In this document: one piece after another, positions 40,201 to 54,013 of the stretch | Position numbering within the stretch: the stretch's first letter is position 1 | Layout: every line of letters begins with the position of its first letter | Assembly: GCF_001194135.2 (NCBI RefSeq) | Contig: NC_068985.1 | Span: 40,225,235 to 40,289,234 of the forward strand | DNA: 64,000 bases | Origin: Octopus bimaculoides | Lineage: Eukaryota | Reading direction: 5' to 3' | Position numbers and translations under genes: made by a program | Notes under the pieces: generated by a model | The model's database searches: none | Told to the model about the DNA's origin: nothing | The model's input: the letters and a program-made list of their open reading frames with translations, nothing else

Positions 40201-42479
40201 TCAGTAAATTTGCAAAAAAAAAGTTCCATTGAAGGATTGCTTGTAGATAGTGGACATATTTAAAAAATTATGCTATTCAAGTATTCATATCTTAAGATTA
40301 TAGATAAACTTTAGTTAGTTGAAAGATGTCTTTCATATAGCTTTGTTGAAAAAAAAAAGGTTGATGCTGAAGCTCAATGTAGTGAGACACAATAAATGAC
40401 TCATTTCAAATACAAAATTTAGCTTGGTTGTCATCAGCTATGTTGTGCATTCTTTACTAAACTAATAATATCACAAGCTTTATGTTTAAATAATTTACTA
40501 AGATTGTGCTTGGTAGTTTATTTAAGTAGCATAATGGAACTATGTATGTAAGTGTGTGTGTGTGTGTACATGCGCACACATGCACATTTTGGTAATACTA
40601 AAGTACACAAATAACTACTTCTAAAAATGTAAGTAATCATTATTGCCTGCAACATTTGTTTAATAATGTAAGCAAATAACCCTTGACTTTACATTTTCTG
40701 GTCTATGAATTGCTCATTTAGTTGAATATTTTATGATAAATTGTTTTTTATTATTATATATTGGTTGGAGAATGAAATTGTTCACGTTCTGGATTACTAA
40801 CTGTCTCCACTTCTACTGCTCCAACCCAACCAATCTTCTGTTTTAAACTGTTATTGCCATTGCATCACGCTTCAAGAGCAGCTACATTATTCTAGTTGAC
40901 TAGTTTAACTTAGTTAATGTAATTTCTCCACCACTATTAAATGACTACTGACTTAAGTGGATTAGGAGGGCATTAGATCTACACTTATTTCAATGTATGA
41001 ATTTGTAAACCTTTCTAATTTACATATGTGAAAGAAATAAAAACTGTGGCAAGAAAGACTAAGTAGGGTAGTTGGAGAATAGTTGGAAGTTATAAATTAT
41101 TTGGGGCCCCATCAGCCACCTAACTGCCATTTGGCTCCTTATGTTTTTAAGTTACATTTCATTTGACTGATGATTGATTGCTTCCTAGACAGCATGTACA
41201 AAAGAGAAACACAAAAACCATAGGGCAATCATAATGTTAAGTTATTGAGCTACTCATTGTGGGTTTAATTTTTGTTTCAGTGACTATACTTAAATAATCT
41301 TTTCTACTCTAGGCACGAGGCCCAAATTTTTTGGGGAGGGGGCCAATTGATTAGATCGACCCCAGTACGTAACTAGTACTTAATTTATCAACCCTGAAAG
41401 GATGAAAGACAGATGAAATACTGCTTTTCTAAGCCCTTAATTTCAAAATCATTTATCTATCCTACACATATGTAGATGCAGGCATGGCTATGTAGGTAAG
41501 AAGTTTACTTCATAATGACATGGTTATGGACTTAATCCCACTAAATGACACCTTGAACTATTTTATCTTCTATCATAACTTCAGATTGACTAACAGTTTG
41601 TAAAAGGAATTGGATGGAAATTGTATGGAATCCCATATTCATGGCATATCAACAAAGAATGTAAACATTGGCAAATAAAGTGTTCATTGAGCAAGGTCCA
41701 CAGAAACTCATTGTTCCTGCCATCAGAAATGAACCAGTGATGGGACAGTTCAAAACCTGTCATTAACAACAATGTGATTCATTATTGAGATATAAAGTAA
41801 ATAAATAAAATAACTGCATTGGCTTTTTACTAATATATTTTTTTTTTAAATTCCTGGTGATTAGAAAGGATTCAGACAGATTTAAGTATCTTAGGAAGGA
41901 ACAGAATGAAATTTGAACAGTGAATCTTAACACAGAACCCATCAGCCAATAGTTCAATACTACACTCATTTTTGTGTTTACTTCATGTTGAAAATAAAAT
42001 CAACTCATAAGGTTAGGTGAAACTTGTTGAAGTAGACTTTCTACAGTCAGATACTCTTCCTGTCTCCAACCTCTACCTGTTTTCCACGAAAGGTATTTTC
42101 ATACTGACAGTTCTCACACAACGAAAGTACCAGAGCCATTGACACTTCTCTTGTGCTCAGCCAGTTTTAAAAAAGGGCATGTGAAAATCATTCATACACA
42201 CATGTATGATGGAATTCTTCCCAGTTCCTGTCAGTCAAATCCGGCCTCAAGGCATTGGTTGACTCAAAGCTACAGTGGAAGATACTTGTGCAAGGTACCA
42301 CACAATGGGACCAAATACAGAATCACATGGTTGCAAAGTGAACTTCATAACCACACAACCATGTCTACACCACAATGAAAATACAAAATGCCTAAAAGCT
42401 GCTTCACAGAAATTCGCAGTGCACACTTACTTAAGCTAATACAGTAGCTCATAGTAATTAGATATAACCCTGTTGGCTA

Positions 42480-42524
<45 letters not shown>

Positions 42525-43086
42525 TTAGCTCTCAGTGGTCAATACTGATCCAAATATCAACATGATAGAGTTGTCACAGAAATTCTTTTTTTAATAATTG
42601 ATTGGTCTGTTGACACTGTTAAGTAATTATATACTACCCTAACATCCACAACAATTATTATTTGTTTTGTTTTACTTTCCTTTACAGTTTAGACTTTCAT
42701 TCAAGTGTCCCAGAGCATAATGTCATGCAATATATAAGCTATGCTTATGCATTAACCATGGTAATGGACGTAGAATTAAATGTTATGCTATGAAGCGTAT
42801 AATGCAAATTTGAACAAGAGGTTCTCTTGTAAAGGCCATTGATCAATAAGATATTGATTCATAATATAGAACAGAGAATTAACGATAAAAAACCAGTAGG
42901 CTAAAATGGCTATAATAAAAAAAACAACTAATTACCTGGCAATCAGTGACTAAGAACAAACGATAAAATTTTGACAGTGTTGCTTTATCTTTTTGTTTAT
43001 TTTGGAATTAAAAATGTAATAAACTCTTAAATATTAAAATAGTTTGTTAAAATATATCTAAGTCATATTCATCACATGATGTGCGC

Positions 43087-43155
<69 letters not shown>

Positions 43156-43699
43156 CGCGCGCATCAATCACAAGCATTTGAGTCGTCAACTCTCTATCAC
43201 AAAATTTTCTTAATATTGCCTAACAGCAAAATCCTTATGTGCACAGCATTAATAGAAAGAAAGAACCATAGCCCTGAGTGACTCATAACAGAGCAATGCT
43301 TCATTCCATTTTATAGTTTTAAGTAACTGTGATAAAATCTATGACAAGTCTAGTACCTGTTCCCAACAGCTAAGATGAACTGAAGCCTTATAGAATTAAA
43401 TGTCATGTCTTGGAATAAAGTAAATTTGAACTCAAGAAATCTGAGCTAATGGTTTAGCCATTTCATCTCTAATCTGTATGTTTCCTATACCGGATACAAA
43501 TAGTGATAAATGAGATATTTAACATTAGCTTGAAACCAGGAATAACTAAGTTGAAGAGCTCAGTTATTGATGAAAGTTTATGTACTGAAAACTAAACACA
43601 AACATTACATTTTATTCTTAATGTACAATACTTTTTATCGCTACTTGTTTCAATGTATACAGTGTATTGTTTACTCCAATAATCAACACACTTGTTTAC

Positions 43700-45500
43700 A
43701 GATGTAGTACAACAGAAGCTGGAATATAACTTGGGACATTAAATTATGAAAGAAAAGAAACTTGTGAAAGATATGAAGAAATGTAAGCAAAATATATATA
43801 TATAGGATTGTTTTAGCAATAAAAGGAAGACATGGCTCTCATAGGAATGGGATAGTTAGTAAACAGAAGCAAGTTGAAGAAAAAGGTGAACAGAGCAAGC
43901 ATTTTACATGGATGAGGAAGAGGAGTTGTCAATAGCGGTGACCAGTGTATTTGTGAGAAATAAAAAATCTCATTCACACCAGTTTCAGAAGAATGTTAGA
44001 TTTCACTAATTGAAAATGAAAAAACAAAACCCTTTGATTTGAGATTAAAAGATTAAACTAAATGCTTTAATGACACATGACAACTTTTGTTGACAATAAG
44101 CTTGTTATTCACTTAGAACCAGAAATAGAAATACCAGAAGATGAAAAGGATTATTAAAAATATTGATTTCTTATTTAGGTACAACGTTACAGATTTGTGT
44201 TAGGGGAATGAGATAGAGTAAACTTATACCTTGCTTAATAACATTACAGTATAAATGAAGCGAAGTAAATTACATTTATAGACTTAGTTTTGCACTTAGA
44301 TTAAAGAAAAGAAAAATGTTTAAAAGATTCTTTATGACTAAAATTAGTGAAAAAGAATATGATAGTTTATGACAAACTGAAGTGATGCAGCACAAGGAAA
44401 ATTGCTGTCACAAAAAAGGAAAATTGCTGTCACAAAAAAGGAAAATATATTTTTAAACTGTAGAATTCTATAAAGATAGGATGATAATTTTATAAAAAAG
44501 TATTAGAAAAATATTGTTGATTTTTGAAACTGAGAATAAAAGGGTATCAAATATTTGATTTAACTGAGTTACTATTTTGACGAAGAATTATTCTAAAATT
44601 AATATTTAAAATAAAGTTGAGAACTATTTTGGTATGGCCTATGAAAAGAATTATTGAAGACAGATTGAATTATCAAATAACTTAAAAAGAAGTACATATG
44701 ATTAGCTGAGGATTTTTTTACTTTTGTTTTTTTATTGTATGAGAAGTGAAAACATAGTACCACAGAAATGAAATATGAAAATTATATAAGTATGGAGAGA
44801 TAAAAAAGAGCAAAGAGAAAGATCAAAAACTTTCACTTTTATTTAAAATGAAATAAACAGGTTCATTGAACCACTTATTTTAAGTTCCTTCTGGCTGATG
44901 TCAGACTAAAACTAATATTTTATTAATACAAAACTATTAAACACAAACATATAAAAGAAATTTAAGATGATGAAAATTTGAAGGTGATTAATAATTATGA
45001 GAAAGAAGTTTAAATTATAAAAGGGGAAGCTGAAGAAAATGATTTCACATATATACCGAAGAAAATGGTTAGTGGAGATGGATGTCAGGTTATGAGATAA
45101 ATCACAGAAACAATGTTGTAAGGAAACTGAAGTTTATGATTAAATAAGAACCTTCTATTGTATGTTAGGAAATATATTTATCTGGAACTGTACAATTATA
45201 GCTTTGTTTAAAGATTTACTCAAGATGTCAATATAATGTGTTGAAGAAGAGAAAAAATATAAACTGAGAGGATGTCTTTAGCATTATAAGGCTGAAATTT
45301 TAGGAGGAATTTAAAAGAAATTAATATCTAATAACAATATTCTGAAACAAAAATTAGACAGCTTCTTATTTCAAAATGAACTGCAAAAGTCCAAATACAT
45401 GATTAGAGACCATAACTAAACAAACTACTAGATTGAAAGAGATGAAATAAAGATCTTATCATCTTACAATCTAGTGACAAGGCTTTCATTTTTTTTTCTT
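43700..45500 (+). mobile_element. A-rich, SINE-free block, probably a very old LINE ORF (APE-like remnants)
   Basis: ENYISMER*KRAKRKIKNFH and GS..H..LADVRLKL (~44780-44910) resemble the APE C-terminus (IDYIL..; SDH.L..V.LKL). The rest is not alignable by eye. Confidence 0.4.
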
Positions 45501-47904
45501 TCCAAAGAAGGGCAAGCATCCAAAACTTTATTCTTCCTCATAGCAAAAAAAAAAATACTTCACTATTTGGATTATTTGTATTAGTTTTTGCCAACACAAA
45601 ACATTCCTCCAATTCTACTACTTTGCTCAACTGAAATTTCCTTAAAGGAAAATCCTCAATAACCATCCAAATGAAACTAACTCTTTGAAGATCGGATAAA
45701 AAAAAAAAAACTATATTTTTTCCCAGAATACTGTTAAAAAGAGTGTTAAAAGAATACATATAATTTTCAATATTTACACTAAAAAGATTGGAAATACTGC
45801 ACTTTGTTATAATGAATCAAATAAAATCCTAATGTTAAACTCAATTTGAATATATTCCTTGTGGATTTGTTCCTATATTATTAAAAACAAACACTAGACA
45901 ATCCTGTATTATAAATTAATTATAAATGTCAGTAGGCAGAAGTATGACACAGATCAAAGTTGACTTTGATATTGAAAGTGTTAATAGATCCAAATATGCA
46001 TACTAAATCTAATTAGTTAATTAAACATCATGTTTTAAGGATTTTTTTTTAAATACCAAACTTGATTACAAGGAATCTTAATATATCTAAATAAACACAT
46101 GACTACAAAAATTGGGTGATGTTCATTCATTTCAAATCCAACATCTTTTACATCAAATTTTGGTATTAGTACAGGAATGTAATATTAGATGCTATGGGAT
46201 ATCAGACAATGGATGCATACAATATATTGTAGGTATATTCAGCATGTGCAACAAAATACAAGCAAGTGTATATAACAAAGCTCAAGTATGCACCTGCTTC
46301 ACGAAGGATTGAGTCAACGAGATCATTGATCCCAAGAACATCTGAAAGTAAAATTTAATGTAAAGAACATTTACAATATCATGAATAAATACACAGAAAA
46401 ATATTGTCACTTCAAGTACATCACAAAAGAACCAAAAGATTAAAAATAATATTGATACTTTCATTAAATATTTTCAATAACGTAATTAGTTTTACATTAT
46501 ACACAAATATACATACACAAAGACATTTTGTTGATGTCTTGTTTTTATTTATAATGAAATGAATGATAAAGACTATGGGATAATGAAGGTTTTGGTGTAT
46601 ATATTGGTCAAATATTTTAATTTGTGTAGCACACACAAAAAAAAAAAAAAACAACAGTATGACAAAATTCATTAGGAATTACAAAAATATAGCCTTTTTT
46701 TTAAGTATGAAATCACTACAAATTATGTTTAAAGAGGAATATAGATTACCAAAGTGGCTAGTGATTAACAAATAAGATTAATGGTGTACTCTGAAAAGTT
46801 ATAAGGAAAGAAAATATATTCCTTGAAAAGTTATTAATAGAAAGACTAAATATGTAAATATAAAAATAAATCTGAAAGAAAACAACTATAAAAGAACATA
46901 GACTATTTAGAGAATAAAACAACATCCTGCACATGCTTCTGCTCAGTTAACCCTCATGAAAGACAAATCTTTGAAAATAATTTCAAAGAGACACAGATGG
47001 TTATCTTTACCATAGTTATCATAAATGGTTTCTATTAAATATTTTATTCTAGTTTATTCAAATGTTTTCATAATACCAAAGCTATTTATCACAGCAAGAA
47101 GAAACAATAAAATATTAATAATAGAACATTAATTCAGAATGAATGACATTCTTTCAAAATAGACACAATTAAACCATAATAAATTAGAGATTAAAAAATG
47201 ACTGAAAATGAAAAAATTGGAACCAGTAACATTATAATCTAAAAGAGAATGTAAAACAGCAAGATTAAAAGCATTGAATAGAAATATCATTACATTATTT
47301 ATTTATTTGCAAATTTAAACACTTTGATTTGATATTTTCAGAAATGCTATGTACTTTTCCCCCAGCTTTATTTTTTCTCACAAAGATCCACTAACTTAAA
47401 CTGATGGGTGATATGTGTAAGCTGCATATTTCAAAGTGTCATCTAGGAAATTAAAACAGTGAAAATAAAAAGTGGATTTCTTCTCTTTCTTTTAAACAAA
47501 ATATGAGATATTCTTTATGTGTCCAATATCGGTGGACAGTTCAGATATCAGAGACAAAGTATTACACATATATACCATGTCAGAAAGGTAATTCTCCACA
47601 ACCACTGGCCTTTTACTGAGCTATATCTTCTCTCTCTCTCTGTTCTTAATACAGCTACCTCTGATTATCTAAACTTAGCAATTTCACATATGCCCTACCT
47701 AAATCCATTTGATGTATCTGATTCTTTTCCATGATCCTCAGTGTTTATCACACCTACACCTATTAAATATTTTCCATCCCGCCTTCTACAAAACTACTCC
47801 TTAAGCACTCTTTTCGAGTCCACATTCTATTTTCAAACACTTGCCTACAATTCAAATGCAATATCTACTACATTAGCCTCTCTTGTTTATCTTGTTCTCA
47901 ATGA

Positions 47905-48165
47905 GAGAGAGAGAGGAGAGAGAGCGCAAGAGAGAGAGAGCGCAAGAGAGAGAGAGAGCGCAAGAGAGAGAGAGCGCAAGAGAGAGAGCGCAAGAGAGAG
48001 AGAGCACAAGAGCGAGAGAGCACAAGAGAGAGAGAGAGCGCAAGAGAGAGAGAGCGCAAGAGAGAGAGAGTGCAAGAGAGAGAGAGAGCGCGAGAGAGAG
48101 AGTGCAAGAGAGAGAGAGAGCGCGAGAGAGAGAGAGAGAGAGAGAGAGAGTGCAAGAGAGAGGGA
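47905..48165 (+). repeat. Composite purine-rich minisatellite (gagagagagcgcaa-like units)
   Basis: More than 10 variant units of (GA)n plus gcgcaa/gcacaa/gtgcaa. Explains ORFs 47741-48205, 47883-48224, 47887-48174 and 47898-48155. Confidence 0.95.
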
Positions 48166-48799
48166 GGCTAACAAAGCTGAGTACTGTACACCATCTCCAG
48201 ACTAAGATAACCCAAAATATATAAATGAAAATTAAATCAGAAAAGTGCTGAATTCAAAATAGCAACTGTATTTGAAAAAGGAAAATCCAAGATATAAGAA
48301 ACAGTATGGCTAATAGATAATTCTGTTAACTCTTCAGAGATTTTGAAACGCTAACAAAACAAAAACCAAAACAACTAATCTTAGAATTACTGAAATGTTG
48401 GCCTTCACTTCAATTCCAATGCAAGTAATCTACTGTGCTTTTGAACAGAGCACTTACACTTTGTAAGTTCAACAGACTATTTAGGAATAATTGTCATGGT
48501 TATCTTTTTTGTTACTTTTTTTTTATTGATGAACGAGAATATCAGCCTGTAAAGTAGGGGATTAATTTAGTTTTTTATGCTGCTGAATGTAAAGATAATT
48601 CTAAGCTGTCATTAGACAACAATATGCAAATTAGCTGATCAACTTATGAGTTAAGGAGCATTTCCTATACAGTTAAAAGCTATTATTCTCTTGATAAAAA
48701 CATTAAGTGGAACTTAATGAGCTTGATACTAGTTTTAAAGATAAAACTAGTTTTACAGATAAGAATGTTATTTTTCTGTGATATTGGTGTTTTTGTGGG

Positions 48800-49870
48800 T
48801 GGTGAAGAGTTTGAAGGAAATTCAAAATAGCTTCTACATGTTTAGGCCTCTATTGGTCAACTTGGGTCAAATAGTATTAATGCTATCAAGGTGATGCCAG
48901 TTATTTGTTCAGATAGGATGTTAGCAGAACACTGATACCACTTTGATGGTGGACTGTATCATACTATATTCAGCAACATCAGTTCCTAGTATTGGACATC
49001 ACACAAGGTAAGGCAAGAGGTTGGGGCGAGTCAGTAACTTAGTCACCATTCAGTGGATTTGAACACATTAGCAGCAGCAGTCTTTGTGTAGGAGTAACCA
49101 TTTTGATGGAATACATTTGAGGTTGCATGACCAACATGGGCGAGCAGTCTATATGGACAGCAGGGATTAAATACCCCTTTCATGGAGTTCATTAGCTGGA
49201 CCTAGGTTGGTATATCTGGGTTGTCAACAGCTAGAGGCTTGAAGTTCATACTTCTGGTGGCATCAATAAAATAATTCATCATTCTTTCTATTGTTGAACA
49301 CTGTGGGTTGGTGGAGTATGTATAGTTTCTCGTGAAGACAGAGTTGCCAGTTACAAGCTCCAGGTAAGTAATGTAAGGCTCTATAAAGAATACTTCACTT
49401 GATGTTAGGGGAAGTCATTTTGATGATCACAGAGTCTCTAGACAAAGCAGGACAGGGAGATGGAGTTTTCCCCTATTTCTCCACCTGAAGGAGTGCATAT
49501 GTTGTGTATACCTTCCCTTAAAACCATTTTTTGACTGTCATTTCCATGTAGCGTCTTGTGATGTGAGGATGGTTCTAGAGACAGGATCCTCCCAGTGGGA
49601 AGTTGATAAGATATTGTTAGATTGTGGGTTAGAGGCTGTGTAGGTGTGGGTTTGCATGAACCTAAAAATAATGAAAATAACTGGTACCACCATAATAGCA
49701 TTAATACCAAATGACCTGACCAATAGAAACTTAAACACCAAGGCATCTTGAATTTCCTTCAAATTCTCTACTGATGAGATGGGTGCATAGAACATGAACC
49801 CAAAAGTCATGTGGAGCTGAGTCATACTGCTATCAAGTACATGTAACTCCAAATATGTTGAGTGTTCCTT
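48800..49870 (-). mobile_element. Penelope-like element remnant: GIY-YIG C-terminus plus inverted terminal segment
   Basis: FKGRYTQHMHSFR..NSISLSCFV..NIK*SILYRALHYLPG..QLCLHEKLYIL..NRKNDELF (49220-49560). 48805-48910 and 49675-49770 are ~70% inverted repeats. Confidence 0.75.
49765..49830 (+). ncRNA. Degenerate hammerhead-like motif in the Penelope inverted arm
   Basis: CTGATGA gatGGGT..ACCC aaaa gTCA tgtggagc TGA gTC. GAAA is mutated and stem I is poor. Confidence 0.3.
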
Positions 49871-50172
49871 CCTTTCATTTGTTCACTCACATGTATGTGT
49901 GTGTGCGCGCGTTTGTGTGTGTGTGTGTTTGTGTGTGTGTGTGAAGTATATTAGTTACTGTGGTCTGTGTAAAGGGTTTATCATTCACCCACTTTAATAT
50001 TATAGAAGCTGAATAAGAAAATTGTTTAAAGAGAGCCTCATGATTTATGAAAGGGGTTAGCTTTAAATAATCCATCAGAATGTAAAGAAGTTAAATTTAT
50101 TTCCAGTTTTGATTTGGGCATAAATACAAATTTCTTCACAATAAATTATAGATAAAATAATTTTTGACTGAC

Positions 50173-50248
50173 CATCACGTTTCTCTCCTCTGTGGAGTGT
50201 TTTATACATTTGTTTGTACCAGTCATGTTGATTTTCCTCATCAATATT
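50173..50248 (-). CDS. CAP/SORBS: CAP/SORBS exon, C-terminal half of SoHo domain; NIDEENQHDWYKQMYKTLHRGEKRD
   Basis: Acceptor (t)n-cag|AAT and donor ATG|gtcagt. 76 nt, phase 0 to 1, in frame with the upstream exon. DWYKQMYKTLH matches the SoHo DWYKxMFKxIH motif. Confidence 0.95.
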
Positions 50249-50479
50249 CTGAAAAAAAAAAAAAAATCAAATAGATTTAAACATTAGTGTCAACAATAAC
50301 ATATTAGCAATTGATAAGCAAACATGCAAACAATAACTAAAAACTCAAAGAAACTAAAATGCAGGATATCATAAATCTATCTTAGTTTTCTTGCTAAAGT
50401 TTTAATTTATTCAATTTCAAGTTTTTAAATTTTAAGAGTTTTGTTCATCATTCATCACCTTCATTTTTGCTATAATTTA

Positions 50480-50800
50480 GCATCCATTTTTTCATGCTGA
50501 CCCGAGTCATGTAGTTCTACCGATTAGCAAATTGCCACTCAATTTTTTGCTGTGTAGTTTGTGTATGTGAATCAACATCCTGAATCTAACTTCACTTTTT
50601 TCACAGTCTTTGATCTTCCTCTGATTTTTTAATGTCCCTCCACCTTTGATGCAAGTTAACATACATATTTAAATGATGACACTCATCTCATTCTCTCACA
50701 GCCTCTGCAGATCTTCCATATGCAAACACATAGATGAGTGACTGCAATATCCTGCTTTTGCTTACATGTGCAGGGTAACAATCGCAAAAAGCTTAATACC
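50480..50800 (-). mobile_element. RTE LINE 3' remnant
   Basis: MEDLQRL*ENEMSVII*IC..VEG..RGRSKT resembles the RTE ORF2 tail. Confidence 0.55.
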
Positions 50801-51813
50801 ACACCTTACCCCTCATTGCAGCACAGAAAATAATACTTTCAGTACTATTTACAGTTCGTGTTTTACCATCAATTTTGTGTTTCAAACTTTTTCATTACAC
50901 TTCTGTGCTGAGCTTTACAAAGGATAAAATGTGAGTTAAGTGAAATAGCTCAAGGAGATAAAACCAAGTACTAGACTTGAGAAAATTATGGAGTACAACT
51001 ATTCTAAATGCAAGCCTTTAAGGTGACCTAACCAAAATTAACATTAAAATGAGTGGGGAATGAGAGAATGCTGATGATGATGTTGACTCTCATCAATTTA
51101 AAACTATCTCTAAGGATTAAGTTACTAGTATTTCAGGTTAGAAGATAAAGCCATTCACTACTGTCAAAGTTGAACCAATCTGCTCTGCATGATTATCTGA
51201 CCTTAATTTAAAGACAGAAAGCTCTCTGACAAAACATGGACAAAGTCTTGTCAAAATATTCTTGATTACCAATTTAGTGCAATCTAATATTGTATGATAT
51301 CTGTTTTGCCTTGCCAACTATAGCAACAACAGCCTTGGCTTGTAACAGATGAGGTGAGAGTTGGTTGTTGCTTAATGATAACAACAGCAACTTAATATGA
51401 CAGGAGGCAAATGATAGATAACTGGAGTTACAAATCAGAACAATATAATACTAATAGACAAAATAAAGACATGGCATGTATGAAAAAGGCTAAGCCTGCA
51501 GTTATCCAAGTTTATAACTGTTTTTGATTCCATAGATTGAAGCCACTTACACTTCAAAATGTCATGATTATATCTCATTCTTCTCATCTATAAATGATGT
51601 GGCCATCAATATCATGATTACTGTTACTGATTAAGATGACAGACATAACTGATAGAGTAGTAGACTAACCTAAATGCTTTACATTATCTATCTAAATATA
51701 CTTTGCCTAAACTGAGTCCAATGACAGAATTTCAATATAATTGTGAACCTATTACAAATAACAGCCAAACCTCCCTCAGATCATTTCCATCTAACTTTAG
51801 CATCGAGGATTAA

Positions 51814-52025
51814 CCCTTTAGCGTTTAAACCAGCCATATCCAGCCAGCATATTCTAACTATTTTATGTTCAAACTGACCAGATCAGGCCTCTCACTCTTA
51901 TCCTACAACATCATTCTAAAAATAAATGGTCATATCCTCAAAATTTCAAGATCATGTGTGATTAATTCAAAACAATGTGAATAAATAAGTATTACACGTG
52001 ATAGAGTAATGTGAATACTAAAGGG
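51814..52025. mobile_element. piggyBac-type MITE (212 bp)
   Basis: TTAA|CCCTTTAGCGTT ... AATACTAAAGGG|TTAA: TTAA TSD and CCC-starting TIRs. Confidence 0.88.
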
Positions 52026-52659
52026 TTAATGGAGAAAAGCCTAAAAATGAACCATGCCAAAAAGCAACATTGAGGATGTGAATGTTTGTTTGGAATCCCC
52101 AGCATCTTTTGACCAGCCAGTACATGAATCACAACACACATTTATCTTGACCTGTTCTTGCCACAGAGAGACAAACAATTGTGACTTCTTGAAAGAGTGT
52201 CATTAGTAACTTGTAAAAGTCAGCAATGCTCAGAAAAAAAGGGAGAAAAATCATCTGGAAGTAGCCTTCAGGGTTACATACACTCACACCGTCAAAAAAA
52301 TACTTGGCATGTAGGGTTGACTAACTATGAAGGTAGTCGTAATTGTATGCAACTGACAGGTGGATGGAGGGTGGGAGAAAGACAATATATCTCCAAAAAG
52401 TCAGATGGCCAAGACAATTTTTTTTATCATGGATGTAAGGGAACCTGAGCTAAAAACCAACTTATTTCTTCATGAGTCCAGAAGAGATGAAAAGCACAGC
52501 AGGGCCCATTGAAATTTGAACATAGAATGTAGAAGAGGAAAATTAAATAAGGCATTTGGTTAGACAGTACAGTATTTTAAATAGTCACACATAAAATTCT
52601 AGAAATTCAAGTACTCATGAACCAAAGTGACTATCAGTGATCAAACAATCTAGTTAAGT

Positions 52660-53010
52660 AGTAGTTTTATAGTTAAATGCTAAGTTTCATAGTAAATACC
52701 AATTTTTTAGCTAAATACCGGGTTTTGTTAGATAACTACTGAGATTATTAGTAGAATACCAAGTCTAAGTTTGTTAGATGTGTACTGAGATTATTGGCTG
52801 AATAGTTAAGTACAGAGTGTGATAACTAAGTACTGAGTTTAATAGCTAAGTACTATGTTTCATAGTAAAACACTGAATTTCATACTTAATACCAAATTTC
52901 TTAGTTATTTTGATAGCTAACTTTATTAAGAAAGTATCAAAGTAGCATATTTCATCTGATAGATAAATTCCGAGTTAGACTTTGTTAGTTAAGTATCAAG
53001 TCTGTTTATC
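52660..53010. repeat. Degenerate ~20-bp minisatellite (tagctaagtactgagtttca-like)
   Basis: Recurrent agtactga / ctaagta / tttcatagtaaa / ttgttagat motifs at short spacing. Confidence 0.5.
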
Positions 53011-54013
53011 CATACTGTTGACAAGGTAAACTAGAAATGAGTAAGTGGATATAGTACTGGAATACTAATAACAGAAATATAGATATCAAGTTCAATGCAT
53101 ACAAGTATTTCCTTCTATATTTGAGTAAGATGACAGAATTGATAAGAATCAGATGACAGAGTGGATAAGAATGAGAGTTGATGATTTTGTAGAAGCAAGT
53201 AGCTAAACACTAAAGTTAATTTTTCAACCTGTCACAGGTTATTTGCTGTGCCCATAACTAAAACAATTAACCTTTTTGCCACTATTCACTTAGCTGTAAA
53301 CAGATGATGCCATAGTGAGGTCATCACACAGCTAATGATTTTTTTCACTGAGTCAGGAAGGTATAATGGTATCATATATGAAGATGTAAACTTAGCTTTT
53401 AAGTCTGTCAGGACTGATAAAATTTAAGTACTAGTCAAATACTAAGATCAATTTCTATTACCATAAAGGATACTAGATTGATGTTAAGGGTAAAGACAAA
53501 GATAGTTTGCAATGCAGAAGTGAAGTGAAATGTTTCTTCCTGCTAAGTCTTTCAGTCTCATTGCCCTTTGATGGATAATTTTAAGTAAAAGTCAAGCAGC
53601 TGATTATATTCATTACATTTGTTTCAATATAAATTGCATCTTAATTTGTAACTTTTTTTTTAAATAGTTTAATCAGGAGAAAATGCAACACTTATGATGC
53701 TGCCTTTTTTAGAGGATCCATATCTGGTGGGAAGGGAAGAAATTATCTTTAGATGAAAGACCTAGTCCAAATGTTTGCAGCAGACTAAACTCCTCTAAAA
53801 GCATCCAAGAGCCAGTGGTGGGTTTAAACTAGGTAATGGAAAAAAACCAGACATACATTTCTAAAAAGACATGTTGTTAATAAAATGAGCTCTAGCACAT
53901 ATCTGGTACTTAATTTTAGGTATTCTCTGAAGATGAAAATGTACTGAGAAAATAACATGTATTTTAGATTGGTTGACTGTGTTTTTTAATTTAAAAAAAA
54001 TATTTAAACTTAC

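Noticed and set aside
47741-48224. RE-rich and SL-rich ORFs
   Set aside because: Translation of the GA minisatellite; no exon signals.
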